In this document: positions 39,313-49,065 of the stretch, piece by piece
Layout: every line of letters starts with the position of its first letter
Numbering within the stretch: position 1 is the first letter of the stretch
Assembly: GCA_963775255.1 (NCBI GenBank)
Contig: CAVZIA010000008.1
Location: forward strand, 1-64,000
Source: an uncultured Thermoleophilia bacterium
GTDB taxonomy: Bacteria > Actinomycetota > Thermoleophilia > UBA2241
DNA: 64,000 nucleotides
Direction: 5' to 3'
The notes under the pieces: generated by a model
Told to the model about the DNA's origin: nothing
Seen by the model: only the letters and a program-made list of their open reading frames with translations
The model's database searches: none
Translations under genes and position numbers: made by a program

Positions 39313-40482
39313 TTACTCGTGGGCGCCCGGCTGTTCCCCACCCTTGGCCTGCTGGTAGTACTCCTCCTGCGCCTGCAGGTCGAGTGAGGTCCAATCCTCG
39401 CCGGCGGCTGCGGCGAGCTCGGCTGCCCCCGTGACGCGGCGCTCGAACCGTTTGCTGGCCTCGCGCAGCGCGAGCTCCGGGTCCACGTGCAGCAGACGCG
39501 CGACGTTGACCGTCGCGAACAGCAGGTCGCCGACCTCGTGGGTCACGCGCGGGTCGGCGCGATGGGGGTCGGTGCCCTCGTCGGCCTCGTGGAACAGCTC
39601 GGCCAGCTCGGCATGCTCCTCGGCGATCTTGGGGAACGCCTCGGACGCCGAGTCCCAGTCGAAGCCGACACTGGCGGCGCGCTGCTGCAGCTTCTTGGCG
39701 TACAGCAGCGCGGGGAACCCTGCCGGCACGTCGTGGAAGATGCCTTGCCGGCCCTCCAGTTCCACCTTGATGCGCTCCCAGCGGTCCTTGACGTCCCCGG
39801 GCGTCTCGGCGACGGCGTCGGCGAAGATGTGTGGATGCCGGCGGATGAGCTTGACCTCGATGTCGTGGGCGACGCTGGCGAGGTCGCCGGCGCCCTCCTC
39901 GTCGAGCATGAGCGAGAGCAGCACGACCTGCAGCAGCAGGTCGCCGAGCTCTCCATGCTCGGCGTGCCGGTCGCCGGCGGCGATGGTGTCGGCCAGCTCG
40001 TGAACCTCCTCCACCGTGTAGCCGATGATGTCACGCGGCGTCTGCTCGCGGTCCCAGGGGCACTCCACGCGCAGGACGTCGACGATGCGCTTGAGCGAGA
40101 CGAGCTCCTGACCGAGCAGGGCATCGGAGAACTCCCGGCCGGCGGGGACCGTGACGAGCTCGAGGGCAGCGTGACCGGCCGCGAACGCGGCGGCGCGGGC
40201 GCGCAACTCGCGTGCCAGCTGCGGGCCGCCGGGGCCGGCGAGCGCGACGACGACATCGCCGGCCGCGGCCTGCCGCACGAGGTCGTCGATCCCCTCACCG
40301 TCGGCCGGGTCGAGCTCCAGCAGCCGGCCGAAGCCGGGGTCGGCGGCCTCGCCCACGAGCTCCCGGAGCTCGCCCTCGAGCCCGACCGGGACGAAGACGG
40401 CGCCGCCGCCGGAGAGGGCCCGCAGCGAAGCTGCGGGAGCCACTCCGGCGGCGCCGCCGATGTACACGAGCGTGAGGCTCAT
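39313..40482 (-). CDS. mazG: MazG nucleoside-triphosphate pyrophosphohydrolase with N-terminal tetrapyrrole-methylase-like domain
   Basis: Two MazG EEXXE-type blocks ('TVEEVHELADTI', 'IAEEHAELAELF'). The N-terminal 'LTLVYIGGAAG' domain is methylase-like. Either ATG at 40482 or 40506 is a possible start. Confidence 0.8.
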   Translation of the reverse strand: MSLTLVYIGGAAGVAPAASLRALSGGGAVFVPVGLEGELRELVGEAADPGFGRLLELDPADGEGIDDLVRQAAAGDVVVALAGPGGPQLARELRARAAAFAAGHAALELVTVPAGREFSDALLGQELVSLKRIVDVLRVECPWDREQTPRDIIGYTVEEVHELADTIAAGDRHAEHGELGDLLLQVVLLSLMLDEEGAGDLASVAHDIEVKLIRRHPHIFADAVAETPGDVKDRWERIKVELEGRQGIFHDVPAGFPALLYAKKLQQRAASVGFDWDSASEAFPKIAEEHAELAELFHEADEGTDPHRADPRVTHEVGDLLFATVNVARLLHVDPELALREASKRFERRVTGAAELAAAAGEDWTSLDLQAQEEYYQQAKGGEQPGAHE

Positions 40483-40586
40483 AACGCCCATTCTTCCGGC
40501 GTACACAGGCGGGGCGACGTAGGCATGCCGCTTATAACGCCCATTCTTCCGGCGTACACAAGCGGGACGACGTAGGCACGCCGCTC
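40481..40586. repeat. 53-bp tandem direct duplication (2 copies, ~92% identity) spanning the mazG start codon region
   Basis: ATAACGCCCATTCTTCCGGCGTACACAgGCGGGgCGACGTAGGCAtGCCGCTt twice. Copy 1 contains the mazG start. Confidence 0.7.
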
Positions 40587-40611
40587 ATGTCGCCGCCCGC
40601 GGCGATGACCC

Positions 40612-41640
40612 TTACGGTGCGGGCGAGCCCGACGCGGCCGGGCTCGGCGAGGCAGTGAGCGTCGCCGGGTCGAAGCCGGCGGCGTAGAGGACGCCTGCGT
40701 CCTTCATAGCCGTGGTGAGCCACTTCTGCCAAGCCGTGGCCTGCTCCTGATACTTGAGTTGCTGCTCGATGGTCGCCTTGGCCTGGGCCAGCGTCTGCTT
40801 GCTGGCGGGGGTCTTCTTGGTGACCTCGATGATGTGGTAGCCGAACTGCGTCTTGACCGGCTGGGAGATCTCGCCGACCTTGAGCGCGAAGGCCACATCC
40901 TCGAAGGCTTTCACCATGCGGCCCTTGGGGAAGTTGCCGAGGCTGCCGCCGTTGTTCTTGCTGCCCGGGTCGGTGGAGTACTGCTTTGCGACCTTCTTCC
41001 AGTTCGCGTCGGTGTTGTCGGCCTCGAGCAGGGCACGGACCTTCTCGGCCTCGGCCTTGGTCTTGACGAGGACGTGACGCGCGTCGACGCTCTCGGCGAC
41101 GTTGAACTGCGACTTGTTCGCCGGGTCGTTGAAGTACTTCTCGATCTGCGCCGGCGTGATCTTGATGTCGGCGTAGACCTTCTGTTGCACGGCGTCCTGC
41201 AGCATCTGCGCCTTGAGTTGCTCTTCGAGCTGCGCCTGGGTGACGGCCTGCTGCTTGAGCAGTGCGTCGAGCTTCTTCTGGCCACCCACCTGCTGGACGA
41301 TCTGCTTCATGCGGTCCTGGAGTTGCTTGTCCGTGACCTTGACGCCCATCTCGGCGGCCTTCGCCTTGATGACCTCGTTCTGGACGAGGTAGTTCACGAT
41401 GCTCGCCCTGAGCTGCTTGTACTGGGTCGTGCCCGGCGACGGGAACGGCGGGGCGCCCTGCTGCGACTTGTACTGGGCCTCGGCCTGCTTCCAGATCTGG
41501 TCGAACTGCTCCTGCGTCACCACCCCGTCGCCGACGGAGGCGATGGCGCCGGCGGGGACCTTCTGCTGTCCGCACGCCGACAGCAGCAGCGCGGGTACGA
41601 CGAGCGTGAGAAGGACCACACCCACGATGAGCTTCTTCAT
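40612..41640 (-). CDS. PpiC-type (parvulin) peptidyl-prolyl isomerase lipoprotein, PrsA/SurA-like
   Basis: Lipobox 'LLLSACG'. Parvulin domain 'ARHVLVKT...GGSLGNFPKGRMVKAFEDVAF...FGYHIIEV'. Four-nt overlap with the mfd stop. Confidence 0.75.
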   Translation of the reverse strand: MKKLIVGVVLLTLVVPALLLSACGQQKVPAGAIASVGDGVVTQEQFDQIWKQAEAQYKSQQGAPPFPSPGTTQYKQLRASIVNYLVQNEVIKAKAAEMGVKVTDKQLQDRMKQIVQQVGGQKKLDALLKQQAVTQAQLEEQLKAQMLQDAVQQKVYADIKITPAQIEKYFNDPANKSQFNVAESVDARHVLVKTKAEAEKVRALLEADNTDANWKKVAKQYSTDPGSKNNGGSLGNFPKGRMVKAFEDVAFALKVGEISQPVKTQFGYHIIEVTKKTPASKQTLAQAKATIEQQLKYQEQATAWQKWLTTAMKDAGVLYAAGFDPATLTASPSPAASGSPAP

Positions 41641-44600
41641 AGACTCTCTCTCCCAGGGGTTGACGACGGGTCGTCGGACACACGAGAGGCGAGTATAGCA
41701 TCGAGCGTAGCCTCGACCCACCGGAGCAGGTGAGGCTCCTGGCCCTCGCGATGCACCGCCAGTACGCCGTCCTTCTTGAAGTACGTGGCACGGCTGTTCG
41801 AGGTTCGTACGCGGTCCGCCCAGTCGTCGTCCAAGGCCACGCCGTCGACCTGCAGCCGGCTGCCGCGGTAGGCCACAGAGCCGGCGCCGAGCTCGGCCGC
41901 GGCAATGCGGATGGCCTGCAGCGTGATGAGGTGCTCCACCGGCTCCGGCGGCGGGCCGAAGCGGTCGGCGAGCTCGGCGCGCACGTCCCCGAGCTCGCCT
42001 GTCGTGCGCGCCCGCGCGATGCGCCGGTGCGCGTCGATCTTGGTCGCCTCGTAGGCGATGTAATCCGGCGGCACGTAGGCGGTGACCGGCAGGTCGACGC
42101 GTACCGGCGCGGTCAGCGCCGCTTGCTCGCCGGCCAGTTCGTTCACGGCCTCCTCGAGCATCTGCGCGTACATCTCGAAACCGACGGCGGCCACGTGCCC
42201 GCTCTGCTCGTCCCCGAGCAGGTTGCCGGCGCCGCGGATCTCGAGGTCGGCCATGGCGATCTTGAAGCCTGCGCCGAGGTCGGTGTGGTCGCTCAGCGTC
42301 GTCAGGCGGGCGGCCGCGTCGCTCGTCAGCAGATCGTCGCTCGGGTAGAGCAGGTAGGCGAACGCGTGCGCATCGCTGCGCCCGATGCGCCCGCGGATCT
42401 GGTAGAGCTGCGCGAGCCCGAGCATGTCCGCACGCTCGACGATGAGTGTATTGGCCGTCGGGATGTCGATGCCGCTCTCGATGATCGACGTCGTCACCAG
42501 CACGTCGGCCTCGCCGGCGAGGAACGCGAGCATGACCTTCTCCAGCTGGCGCTCAGCCATCTGGCCGTGGGCGATGAGCACGCGCGCGCCCGGCACAAGC
42601 GCCTGCACGTGCTCGGCCGCCTGGTCGATGGTCTCCACGCGGTTGTGGAGGTAGAACGCCTGGCCCTCGCGGGCGAGCTCCTTCTCGACGGCGACGCGCA
42701 CGAGGTCGTCCTTGTACTCGCCGATGTAGGTGCGGATCTCGTGGCGGCCCCTTGGCGCCGTCTCGATCACGGAGATGTCGCGGATGCCGGCCAGGCTCAT
42801 CTGCAGGGTTCGGGGGATCGGCGTGGCCGAGAGGCTCATCACGTCCACCTGGAGCTTGAGATTGCGCAGCACTTCCTTCTGGCGCACACCGAAGCGCTGC
42901 TCCTCGTCGACGACGACCAGGCCCAGTTCCTTTGGTCGCACGTCTGTGCTCAGCAGTCTGTGCGTGCCCACGAGCACATCGATCTCTCCGCGGCCGAACT
43001 GCGCCAGCGTCTTCTTCTGCTCGGAGGCGGTGCGGAACCGGGAGACCATCCCGACTTTGACCGGCAGGTCGGCGAACCGCTCCTCGAAGGTCATCCAGTG
43101 CTGCTCGGCGAGGATCGTGGTCGGCACCAGGACCAGGGTCTGCTTGCCGGCCTCGGCCGCCTTGAACGCGGCGCGCAGAGCGACCTCGGTCTTGCCGTAG
43201 CCCACGTCGCCGCAGATGAGACGGTCCATGGGGTGCGGCGCCTCCATATCGTTCTTGACCTCGTCGATGGCCTCCGCCTGGTCGTCGGTCTCCTCGTAGG
43301 GGAACGCCTCCTCCAGGCGGCGCATGAGCTCGCCGTCGGGCGGATACGCGTAGCCGGGGACCGTCTGGCGGGCGGCGTAGAGCTGCAGCAGTTCGCCCGC
43401 CATCTCGACCACGGCCGTGCGCGCCCGCGTCTTGACGGTCTGCCAGTGCGTGCCGCCGAGCTTGTCCAGCGAGGGCGTGGCGCCCGAAGCGCCGACGTAG
43501 CGGCTGACCTTGCCGATCTGGTCGTGCGGGACGAAGACACGGTCCTCGCCGCGGAACTCCAGCAGCAGGTAGTCGCGTGTGACGCCGGCCACCGTGCGCG
43601 TCTCGATGCCGGCGAAGCGGGCGATGCCGTGGTCCTCGTGGACCACGTGGTCGCCCGGGCGGACGTCGAAGAACGTCGTGAGCCGCGTGCCGGCCGCGAA
43701 GCGGCGCTCGCGCGGCGCAGCGCGGATGAGCGCGCGCTCGTTGACCACGGCGAGCTTGAGGTGTTCTGCGACGAACCCCTCGCGGAGCGGCGCGGCCAGG
43801 AAGTAGAGCCCGGGGCCGGCCTCGCCGAGCTTGCCCATCTGCCCGGGCGTGACCACTTCAGCAGAGATGTTGCGCAGCCTGAAGGTGGCGCGCTCGGCCT
43901 CGCCCTCGTGGCGGAAGACGACGAACACGCGGTAGTCGTCGTTGACCAGCCGGATGAGGTCGCGCTCGGCGCTGGCCAGATCGCGGGCGGCAAACTGCGG
44001 CCGCGAGGCGGCGAACTGAAGCGGCTGGTCGCGCTGTACCACGTCGAGGTGCAGCGCCTTGGTGAGGGCGGCGCGGGCGCCGGCGAGCGGCACGTAGAGC
44101 CGCTCGCGCAGGCCCGCGCCGGGCACCGCCGTCTGCACCTCGCCGTCGAAGTCGGCGAGGGCGCGGTACGTCTCGTCAGGGTTGAAGACCGCCCAGCTCG
44201 CGCCGGCGGCCTTGGCGGCGTCCTCGAGGGTAGTGAACCTGCCGGCCAGCGCCGCCAGCGCGCGCACGGACGCGCGGCGCTCCAGCTCCTCCGGGGTCTC
44301 CTCCCTGCCCTCGCGCTCCCAGTCGGCCACGGCCTGTCGCAGGCCGGTCTCGTACTCGGGCTGCGAGGTGTCGGCCTCGAACGCGGCGAACACCGTCGCG
44401 CCGTCCTCGAGGACGCCCGTGGTGCGTTGCGAGTAGATGGAGAAAGTGCGCACCGTCTCCACCTCGTCGCCCCAGAAGTCCACGCGCAGCGGATCGCCCA
44501 GCGCCGGGTAGGCGTCGATGAGTCCGCCGCGCACGGCGAACTCGCCGCGGCCGCGGACCTGCTCGACGCGCTCGTAGCCGAGACCTGCGAGGCGCGCGAC

Positions 44601-45026
44601 GACGGCGTCGAAGTCGATCTCGGCGTGTGGCGCCAGGACGAGAGGCTTGGGCTGGAGCTCGAGCGGCAGGAACCGCTCGAGCAGAGCCACGGCGTCGACC
44701 ACGACGACGCCGCCGGCGGCGAGACCGGCGAGCGCCTGCTGGCGCTCGCCGACCACGTGCGGCGCCGGCGCGACGTCGGCTCCGTACAGCACCCCGCGCG
44801 CCGGCAACACCGGCACCGCCCGGTCCAGGTACACGGAGAGGTCGGCGGCGAGTCGCGTGGCCGCCTCGCCATCGGGGGCAACGACCACGCGCGCCTCGCC
44901 GGGCCCGAGAGCCGCGGCGAGCACGTAGGACGCGTAGAAGCTCGGCGCATACGCGCCCGAGCCGCGCCGCAGGCGCGACGCGGCGGCGTCGAACGTCTCG
45001 TCGTTACGCAGGTACTCGAGGAACAT
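41637..45026 (-). CDS. mfd: Transcription-repair coupling factor
   Basis: UvrB-homology N-terminus, RNAP-interacting domain and SF2 helicase motifs 'LICGDVGYGKTEVA', 'VVDEEQRFGV', 'LSATPIPRTL' and 'QIRGRIGR', then the TRG/CarD-like C-terminus. Start 'MFLEYL' chosen. Confidence 0.9.
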   Translation of the reverse strand: MFLEYLRNDETFDAAASRLRRGSGAYAPSFYASYVLAAALGPGEARVVVAPDGEAATRLAADLSVYLDRAVPVLPARGVLYGADVAPAPHVVGERQQALAGLAAGGVVVVDAVALLERFLPLELQPKPLVLAPHAEIDFDAVVARLAGLGYERVEQVRGRGEFAVRGGLIDAYPALGDPLRVDFWGDEVETVRTFSIYSQRTTGVLEDGATVFAAFEADTSQPEYETGLRQAVADWEREGREETPEELERRASVRALAALAGRFTTLEDAAKAAGASWAVFNPDETYRALADFDGEVQTAVPGAGLRERLYVPLAGARAALTKALHLDVVQRDQPLQFAASRPQFAARDLASAERDLIRLVNDDYRVFVVFRHEGEAERATFRLRNISAEVVTPGQMGKLGEAGPGLYFLAAPLREGFVAEHLKLAVVNERALIRAAPRERRFAAGTRLTTFFDVRPGDHVVHEDHGIARFAGIETRTVAGVTRDYLLLEFRGEDRVFVPHDQIGKVSRYVGASGATPSLDKLGGTHWQTVKTRARTAVVEMAGELLQLYAARQTVPGYAYPPDGELMRRLEEAFPYEETDDQAEAIDEVKNDMEAPHPMDRLICGDVGYGKTEVALRAAFKAAEAGKQTLVLVPTTILAEQHWMTFEERFADLPVKVGMVSRFRTASEQKKTLAQFGRGEIDVLVGTHRLLSTDVRPKELGLVVVDEEQRFGVRQKEVLRNLKLQVDVMSLSATPIPRTLQMSLAGIRDISVIETAPRGRHEIRTYIGEYKDDLVRVAVEKELAREGQAFYLHNRVETIDQAAEHVQALVPGARVLIAHGQMAERQLEKVMLAFLAGEADVLVTTSIIESGIDIPTANTLIVERADMLGLAQLYQIRGRIGRSDAHAFAYLLYPSDDLLTSDAAARLTTLSDHTDLGAGFKIAMADLEIRGAGNLLGDEQSGHVAAVGFEMYAQMLEEAVNELAGEQAALTAPVRVDLPVTAYVPPDYIAYEATKIDAHRRIARARTTGELGDVRAELADRFGPPPEPVEHLITLQAIRIAAAELGAGSVAYRGSRLQVDGVALDDDWADRVRTSNSRATYFKKDGVLAVHREGQEPHLLRWVEATLDAILASRVSDDPSSTPGRESL

Positions 45027-45215
45027 GGGGCCTCGCAAAGTCGGGTCCGTCAATCTCGGCGGGAGGCGCCTCAGACGGGCGGCGGGCACGCCGAACGCCC
45101 CGCGCGCCTCACGGCGGCGGGGCTCACGTCATTGTAGCCGACAGGGCCTGATCGCGAACGTCACGGGGCGGGGCGCCGGTGGCGCCTGCACGGCGGCGCT
45201 GCAGCGGCGGCGAAG

Positions 45216-46973
45216 TCAGCGCCGGGCGCGCGCCGCGGCGGCGAGGCCGCCCGGAGAACGCGCGCCCGAGCGGCCCGAGGTCCGCGCGACGGCCCCGCCC
45301 CGCAGGAGCAGGACGGCGCGGCTCGCCGCATTCTGTCGGTGGCCGGCTACGTCGAACGCCCGACCGGTGACTGCATACCTGCCGCGGGGCCACCTCGCGA
45401 CGAAGCTCCACACGCCGCGCTCGCCCACGGCCACGGCGGGGATCCGGCGCTTCGCCACGAGCGCGCCGGAGGCGTCGCGTACCGCGAGCACCACGATCGC
45501 GCTGCCGCTCGAGAAGGCCGGGTCGGTGAGCCGCCAGCTCACGCTCACGGTCGCGCCGGGCCGGAACCTGCCGGCCCGCACGAGCGCCACCGGACGCCTG
45601 GTGTCGCCCTTGCCGGACGGGTCGTCGACGAAAGCTTTGAGGCACACGTTGGCCCGCGAGAGACCCTCGCCCCGCGTGAGGTCCGTCCAGGACGCGCCGT
45701 CCGGGCTCACGTAGGACTGTCCGGCCTTGGCACGCGGGGCGATGAAGTCCGAAGGCCCTTCCACCGGGATGGCGTCGAGCCACCCCGGCGTGGTGACACG
45801 CACGGCGATCACGAAAGACCGGCCCGCCGTGACACCGACCGGCCGCGAGAGGTCAACCGTGTGGTAGCCGGCCACCGCGAGCGTCCCGGCCGCGGCAACG
45901 GGCGCTGCGGCGATGTCCTGCAGCGAGGCGGCCACGCGCACCTCGTAGGTCGTGCCGGGCACCGGGGTGTAGAAGGATGCGGCGGTCACCTCGCCCGAGC
46001 CGGCGCACGCGAACCGGTTGGCGAACCACGCCGCGCCGGTGTTCCCCTCGCGGATCCAGCGGCTGCGCCCGAGCGCGTCGTACTGGTAGATGGCGTCGTG
46101 GTCCGCGGCGTCCTGCGCGCCGTCGAACACGGCGAGCGTCTTGCCGAAGCTCTTGTCGTAGTACGAGACCCAGAAGTAGCCGCTCTTGCCGAAACCCGTA
46201 CCCCAGCTGTTCTTGATGAGGAAGGCTCCGTCACCCGGCGGCCGCGTGGCGAAGTCCGACGCCGGGTACGCGTCGTCCCAACCCACGCAGAGCACGTGGT
46301 GGTCGAGCTCGGCGCGCTCACCGTTGAAGTACGAGCTCGTCTTCGAGTTCCAGAACCCGAACTTCTCGCTGGTGTCGAAGTCGAGTGTCGCGGCGACGCC
46401 GCCGTAGGCGCTGATCGCCCACTTGAGCGCAGCGTTGCCCTGCGTACCCGGCTCGCGTGCCGGGAGGAAGAGCACCTCCTGGACGTGGCGCACGGCGCGC
46501 AGGAAGTCGGGCGACCCGGCCGGCCGGGGGTAGGTGTCCGAGCTCTCGTAGACCGGACCCTCCCACCGCGCGTAGTAGGCAGCGGCGAGCTCGCTCGGCG
46601 CATAGCCCCCGAAGTCGAGGCGCGAGGCCATATGGTTCGCGAGGTTGTTCTCGGAAAAGTCGCGCGCGATGCCTTCCAGGCGCAGGACGTTCGACTCGAG
46701 GGACCCGGTCGCGGCCATGATCCAGCATGTGCCATGCTGGCCCTGGTCGCGCACCGGCGTGACCCAGCCGCGCTCTCGCAAGTCGAGCCGGGAAGGGAAG
46801 GTCGCGCCCGCCCACGGCGGCGAGGACCCGGCGCCGGTGGCCCCGACCGGGGCCCCGCCTGAGAGCGCCGCAAGCGACGCCACCGAGGCGGCGGCGATGA
46901 GCAACCACCGGCGCAGCGCGGGCCGGCGCGGGCCGCGCGGCGACGCTTCCAGCTGTCGTGGAACCTGCTGCAT
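45216..46973 (-). CDS. Secreted papain-like (C1 family) cysteine peptidase with C-terminal beta-rich domain
   Basis: 'DQGQHGTCWIMAATGSLE' catalytic Cys region and 'HHVLCVGWDD...IKNSWG' His/Asn region. The signal peptide has an RR motif ('RRPALRRWLLIAAASVASLAA'). Confidence 0.7.
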   Translation of the reverse strand: MQQVPRQLEASPRGPRRPALRRWLLIAAASVASLAALSGGAPVGATGAGSSPPWAGATFPSRLDLRERGWVTPVRDQGQHGTCWIMAATGSLESNVLRLEGIARDFSENNLANHMASRLDFGGYAPSELAAAYYARWEGPVYESSDTYPRPAGSPDFLRAVRHVQEVLFLPAREPGTQGNAALKWAISAYGGVAATLDFDTSEKFGFWNSKTSSYFNGERAELDHHVLCVGWDDAYPASDFATRPPGDGAFLIKNSWGTGFGKSGYFWVSYYDKSFGKTLAVFDGAQDAADHDAIYQYDALGRSRWIREGNTGAAWFANRFACAGSGEVTAASFYTPVPGTTYEVRVAASLQDIAAAPVAAAGTLAVAGYHTVDLSRPVGVTAGRSFVIAVRVTTPGWLDAIPVEGPSDFIAPRAKAGQSYVSPDGASWTDLTRGEGLSRANVCLKAFVDDPSGKGDTRRPVALVRAGRFRPGATVSVSWRLTDPAFSSGSAIVVLAVRDASGALVAKRRIPAVAVGERGVWSFVARWPRGRYAVTGRAFDVAGHRQNAASRAVLLLRGGAVARTSGRSGARSPGGLAAAARARR

Positions 46974-47053
46974 GCCCCCATGACACCCTTGCGAGCGGTC
47001 ATCGTCAAGCGGGTTCCCCCGCCGCGCCGCCACAGAATAGGATTGGCGCCACG

Positions 47054-48490
47054 ATGGGAGGCACGACCACCGAACACACACTCCCGGCGCGGGCCGGCCG
47101 CCGGGGAGCTCCCCGGCGCGCGCTACTCGCGCTCCTCGCGCTCCTCCTCCTGGTCGTGTGCGCCGCCGCCCTGCCCGCGACGGCGGCGGCCGGGGTGGAC
47201 GACAACATCGCCGCGATCCTCCGCCAGAACGGGCTCAGCGGCTCCAGCACCGGCATCTGCGTGTGGGACCTGGACGCGGCTCGCCTCATCTACGAGCACA
47301 ACGGCACGACTTTGCTCGCCCCCGCGTCCAACATGAAGCTGGTCACCAGCGCGGCGGCTTTGATCGAGTGGGGCCCCGACCATCGCTTCGTCACCGAGCT
47401 CTACCTCCCCGACACACCCGTCTCCAGCAATGGCGTGCTGGACGGCGACGTCTACCTGCGCGGGCTGGGAGACCCGAGTCTCTCCACCCGTTCGTACCAG
47501 CACGCCGTGTTCGACCTGACCACCGCGTCGTTCGAGACGTTTGCACACACGCTCAAGCGCGAGGGCGTCAAGAAGATCCTGGGGCGCGTACTCGGCGACG
47601 CAGCCTGGTTCGACAAACTCAGGACCGTCCCGGCCTGGAAGAGCGGTCTTGCGCTCGAGTGCGGCCCCCTCTCGGCCCTCTCCGGCGACCAGGGGCTCGA
47701 CAACGGCAACCGCGTCGGCGCACCGGCCACCTGGGCGGCCAAGCTGATGACCAAGGCGTGCCGGGCCGCGGGCATCAAGGTCAAGGGCAAGCCCGGCACC
47801 GGCAAGGTCCCCACGACGGCCCACCTGTTGAAGGCCCAGTACTCCGCGGCCCTCCCCGGCGTCATGCGGCATATGAACCAGGAGAGCGACAACTTCTTCG
47901 CCGAGATGCTCTGCAAGGGGCTCGGCAAGGACGTCTACGACGACGGCAGCACCAAAGCGGGAGCGCAGGTGAGCGAGGACGCCCTCCACGCCCTGGGCGT
48001 CAAGTACGGCAGCTACGTCGTCCAGGACGGCTCCGGCCTCAGCTACGGCGACCGCCTCACCGCACTCGGACTGGTCCAGGTGCTGGGGGCCATGCGCCAG
48101 CGCGACGACTTCGACGTCTACTACGACTCGCTGGCCGTAGGCGGCGAGAACGGCACCCTTGACGACCGCATGCGAGGCACCGCCGCCGCCGGCAACGCGC
48201 ACGCCAAGACCGGTACTCTCAACATAGCCGAGAACCTCTCCGGCTACGTCGACAGCGCCAACGGACACCTCGTGGCGTACTCGCTCCTCATGAACGGCAG
48301 CGCCATGGGAACGTCGAACTGGGGCAGAGCCACGAGCACGCAGGACGCGATCGTCGAAGCGCTGGCCAAGGCGACTCTGCCCGGCAAGACCATCCTCGCC
48401 GTCACACCGGTGCTGCGCTGCTTCTCGGTGTCAGCCGCCGACCCGGTTCACGGCGTTGGCGGCCGCCTCAAGCCCGGCGTCCAGCCATAG
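47054..48490 (+). CDS. dacB: D-alanyl-D-alanine carboxypeptidase/endopeptidase (PBP4 / S13 family)
   Basis: 'ASNMKL' SxxK, 'SDN' and 'KTGT' motifs. Signal peptide. The C-terminal ~20 aa overlap the convergent pth end and may be over-extended. Confidence 0.75.
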   Translation: MGGTTTEHTLPARAGRRGAPRRALLALLALLLLVVCAAALPATAAAGVDDNIAAILRQNGLSGSSTGICVWDLDAARLIYEHNGTTLLAPASNMKLVTSAAALIEWGPDHRFVTELYLPDTPVSSNGVLDGDVYLRGLGDPSLSTRSYQHAVFDLTTASFETFAHTLKREGVKKILGRVLGDAAWFDKLRTVPAWKSGLALECGPLSALSGDQGLDNGNRVGAPATWAAKLMTKACRAAGIKVKGKPGTGKVPTTAHLLKAQYSAALPGVMRHMNQESDNFFAEMLCKGLGKDVYDDGSTKAGAQVSEDALHALGVKYGSYVVQDGSGLSYGDRLTALGLVQVLGAMRQRDDFDVYYDSLAVGGENGTLDDRMRGTAAAGNAHAKTGTLNIAENLSGYVDSANGHLVAYSLLMNGSAMGTSNWGRATSTQDAIVEALAKATLPGKTILAVTPVLRCFSVSAADPVHGVGGRLKPGVQP

Positions 48491-49030
48491 CTCCACGGCG
48501 TCGGCGGCGGCGGCCGTCAGCGCGTCGACCTCGGCCCGGCTCTCCCGAAACGGGCTGAGCACGAACTCGGCCACCACGTCGGGGTCCGTGCTCGGCGGCC
48601 GGTCGACGCCCACGCGCAGCCGTGCATAGCCTGCCCCGATGAGACCGGTGATGCTCTTGAGCCCGTTGTGCCCGCCGCTGCCGCCGCCCTCCATCATGCG
48701 CAGCCTGCCGAACGGCAGGTCGATATGGTCGTGCACGACCAGCGCGTCGGCTGGCGACAGCTTCGCCGTGCGCAGCGCGGCGGCCACGCTGCGGCCCGAG
48801 TCGTTCATGAACGTCGTAGGCTGCAGCAGGAGCACGGAGCGGCCGCGTATGGTTCCCTCGGCCACGCGGCCGTCGAACCCCCGCTTGGCGCGGGGCACGC
48901 CGTGGCGCCGCGCGAGCTCTTCGATCACGCGGTAGCCGATGTTATGCGGCGTGCCCTCGTACGCCGGCCCGGGATTGCCCAGGCCGACGACGAGGCGCTC
49001 GACGTGCGGTGACGGGCGGAACAGCGCCAA
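48431..49030 (-). CDS. pth: Peptidyl-tRNA hydrolase
   Basis: 'LVVGLGNPGPAYEGTPHNIG', 'FMNDSG' and 'HDHIDLPFG'. Confidence 0.9.
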   Translation of the reverse strand: MALFRPSPHVERLVVGLGNPGPAYEGTPHNIGYRVIEELARRHGVPRAKRGFDGRVAEGTIRGRSVLLLQPTTFMNDSGRSVAAALRTAKLSPADALVVHDHIDLPFGRLRMMEGGGSGGHNGLKSITGLIGAGYARLRVGVDRPPSTDPDVVAEFVLSPFRESRAEVDALTAAAADAVELWLDAGLEAAANAVNRVGG

Positions 49031-49065
49031 GGTGACTCGCGGTCAGGCGGCCCGCCGGAGGACTG

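Noticed and set aside
40532-41905. 457-aa minus-strand ORF upstream of mazG
   Set aside because: Out-of-frame reading across the PrsA-like gene and the 53-bp repeat; Arg/Pro-rich with no motifs. The prsA-like frame (40612..41640) has a signal peptide and parvulin motifs.
41730-45137. 1135-aa + strand ORF
   Set aside because: Exact antisense of mfd. It shows GC-driven stop-codon depletion and no recognisable motifs, whereas the minus strand carries all Mfd helicase motifs.
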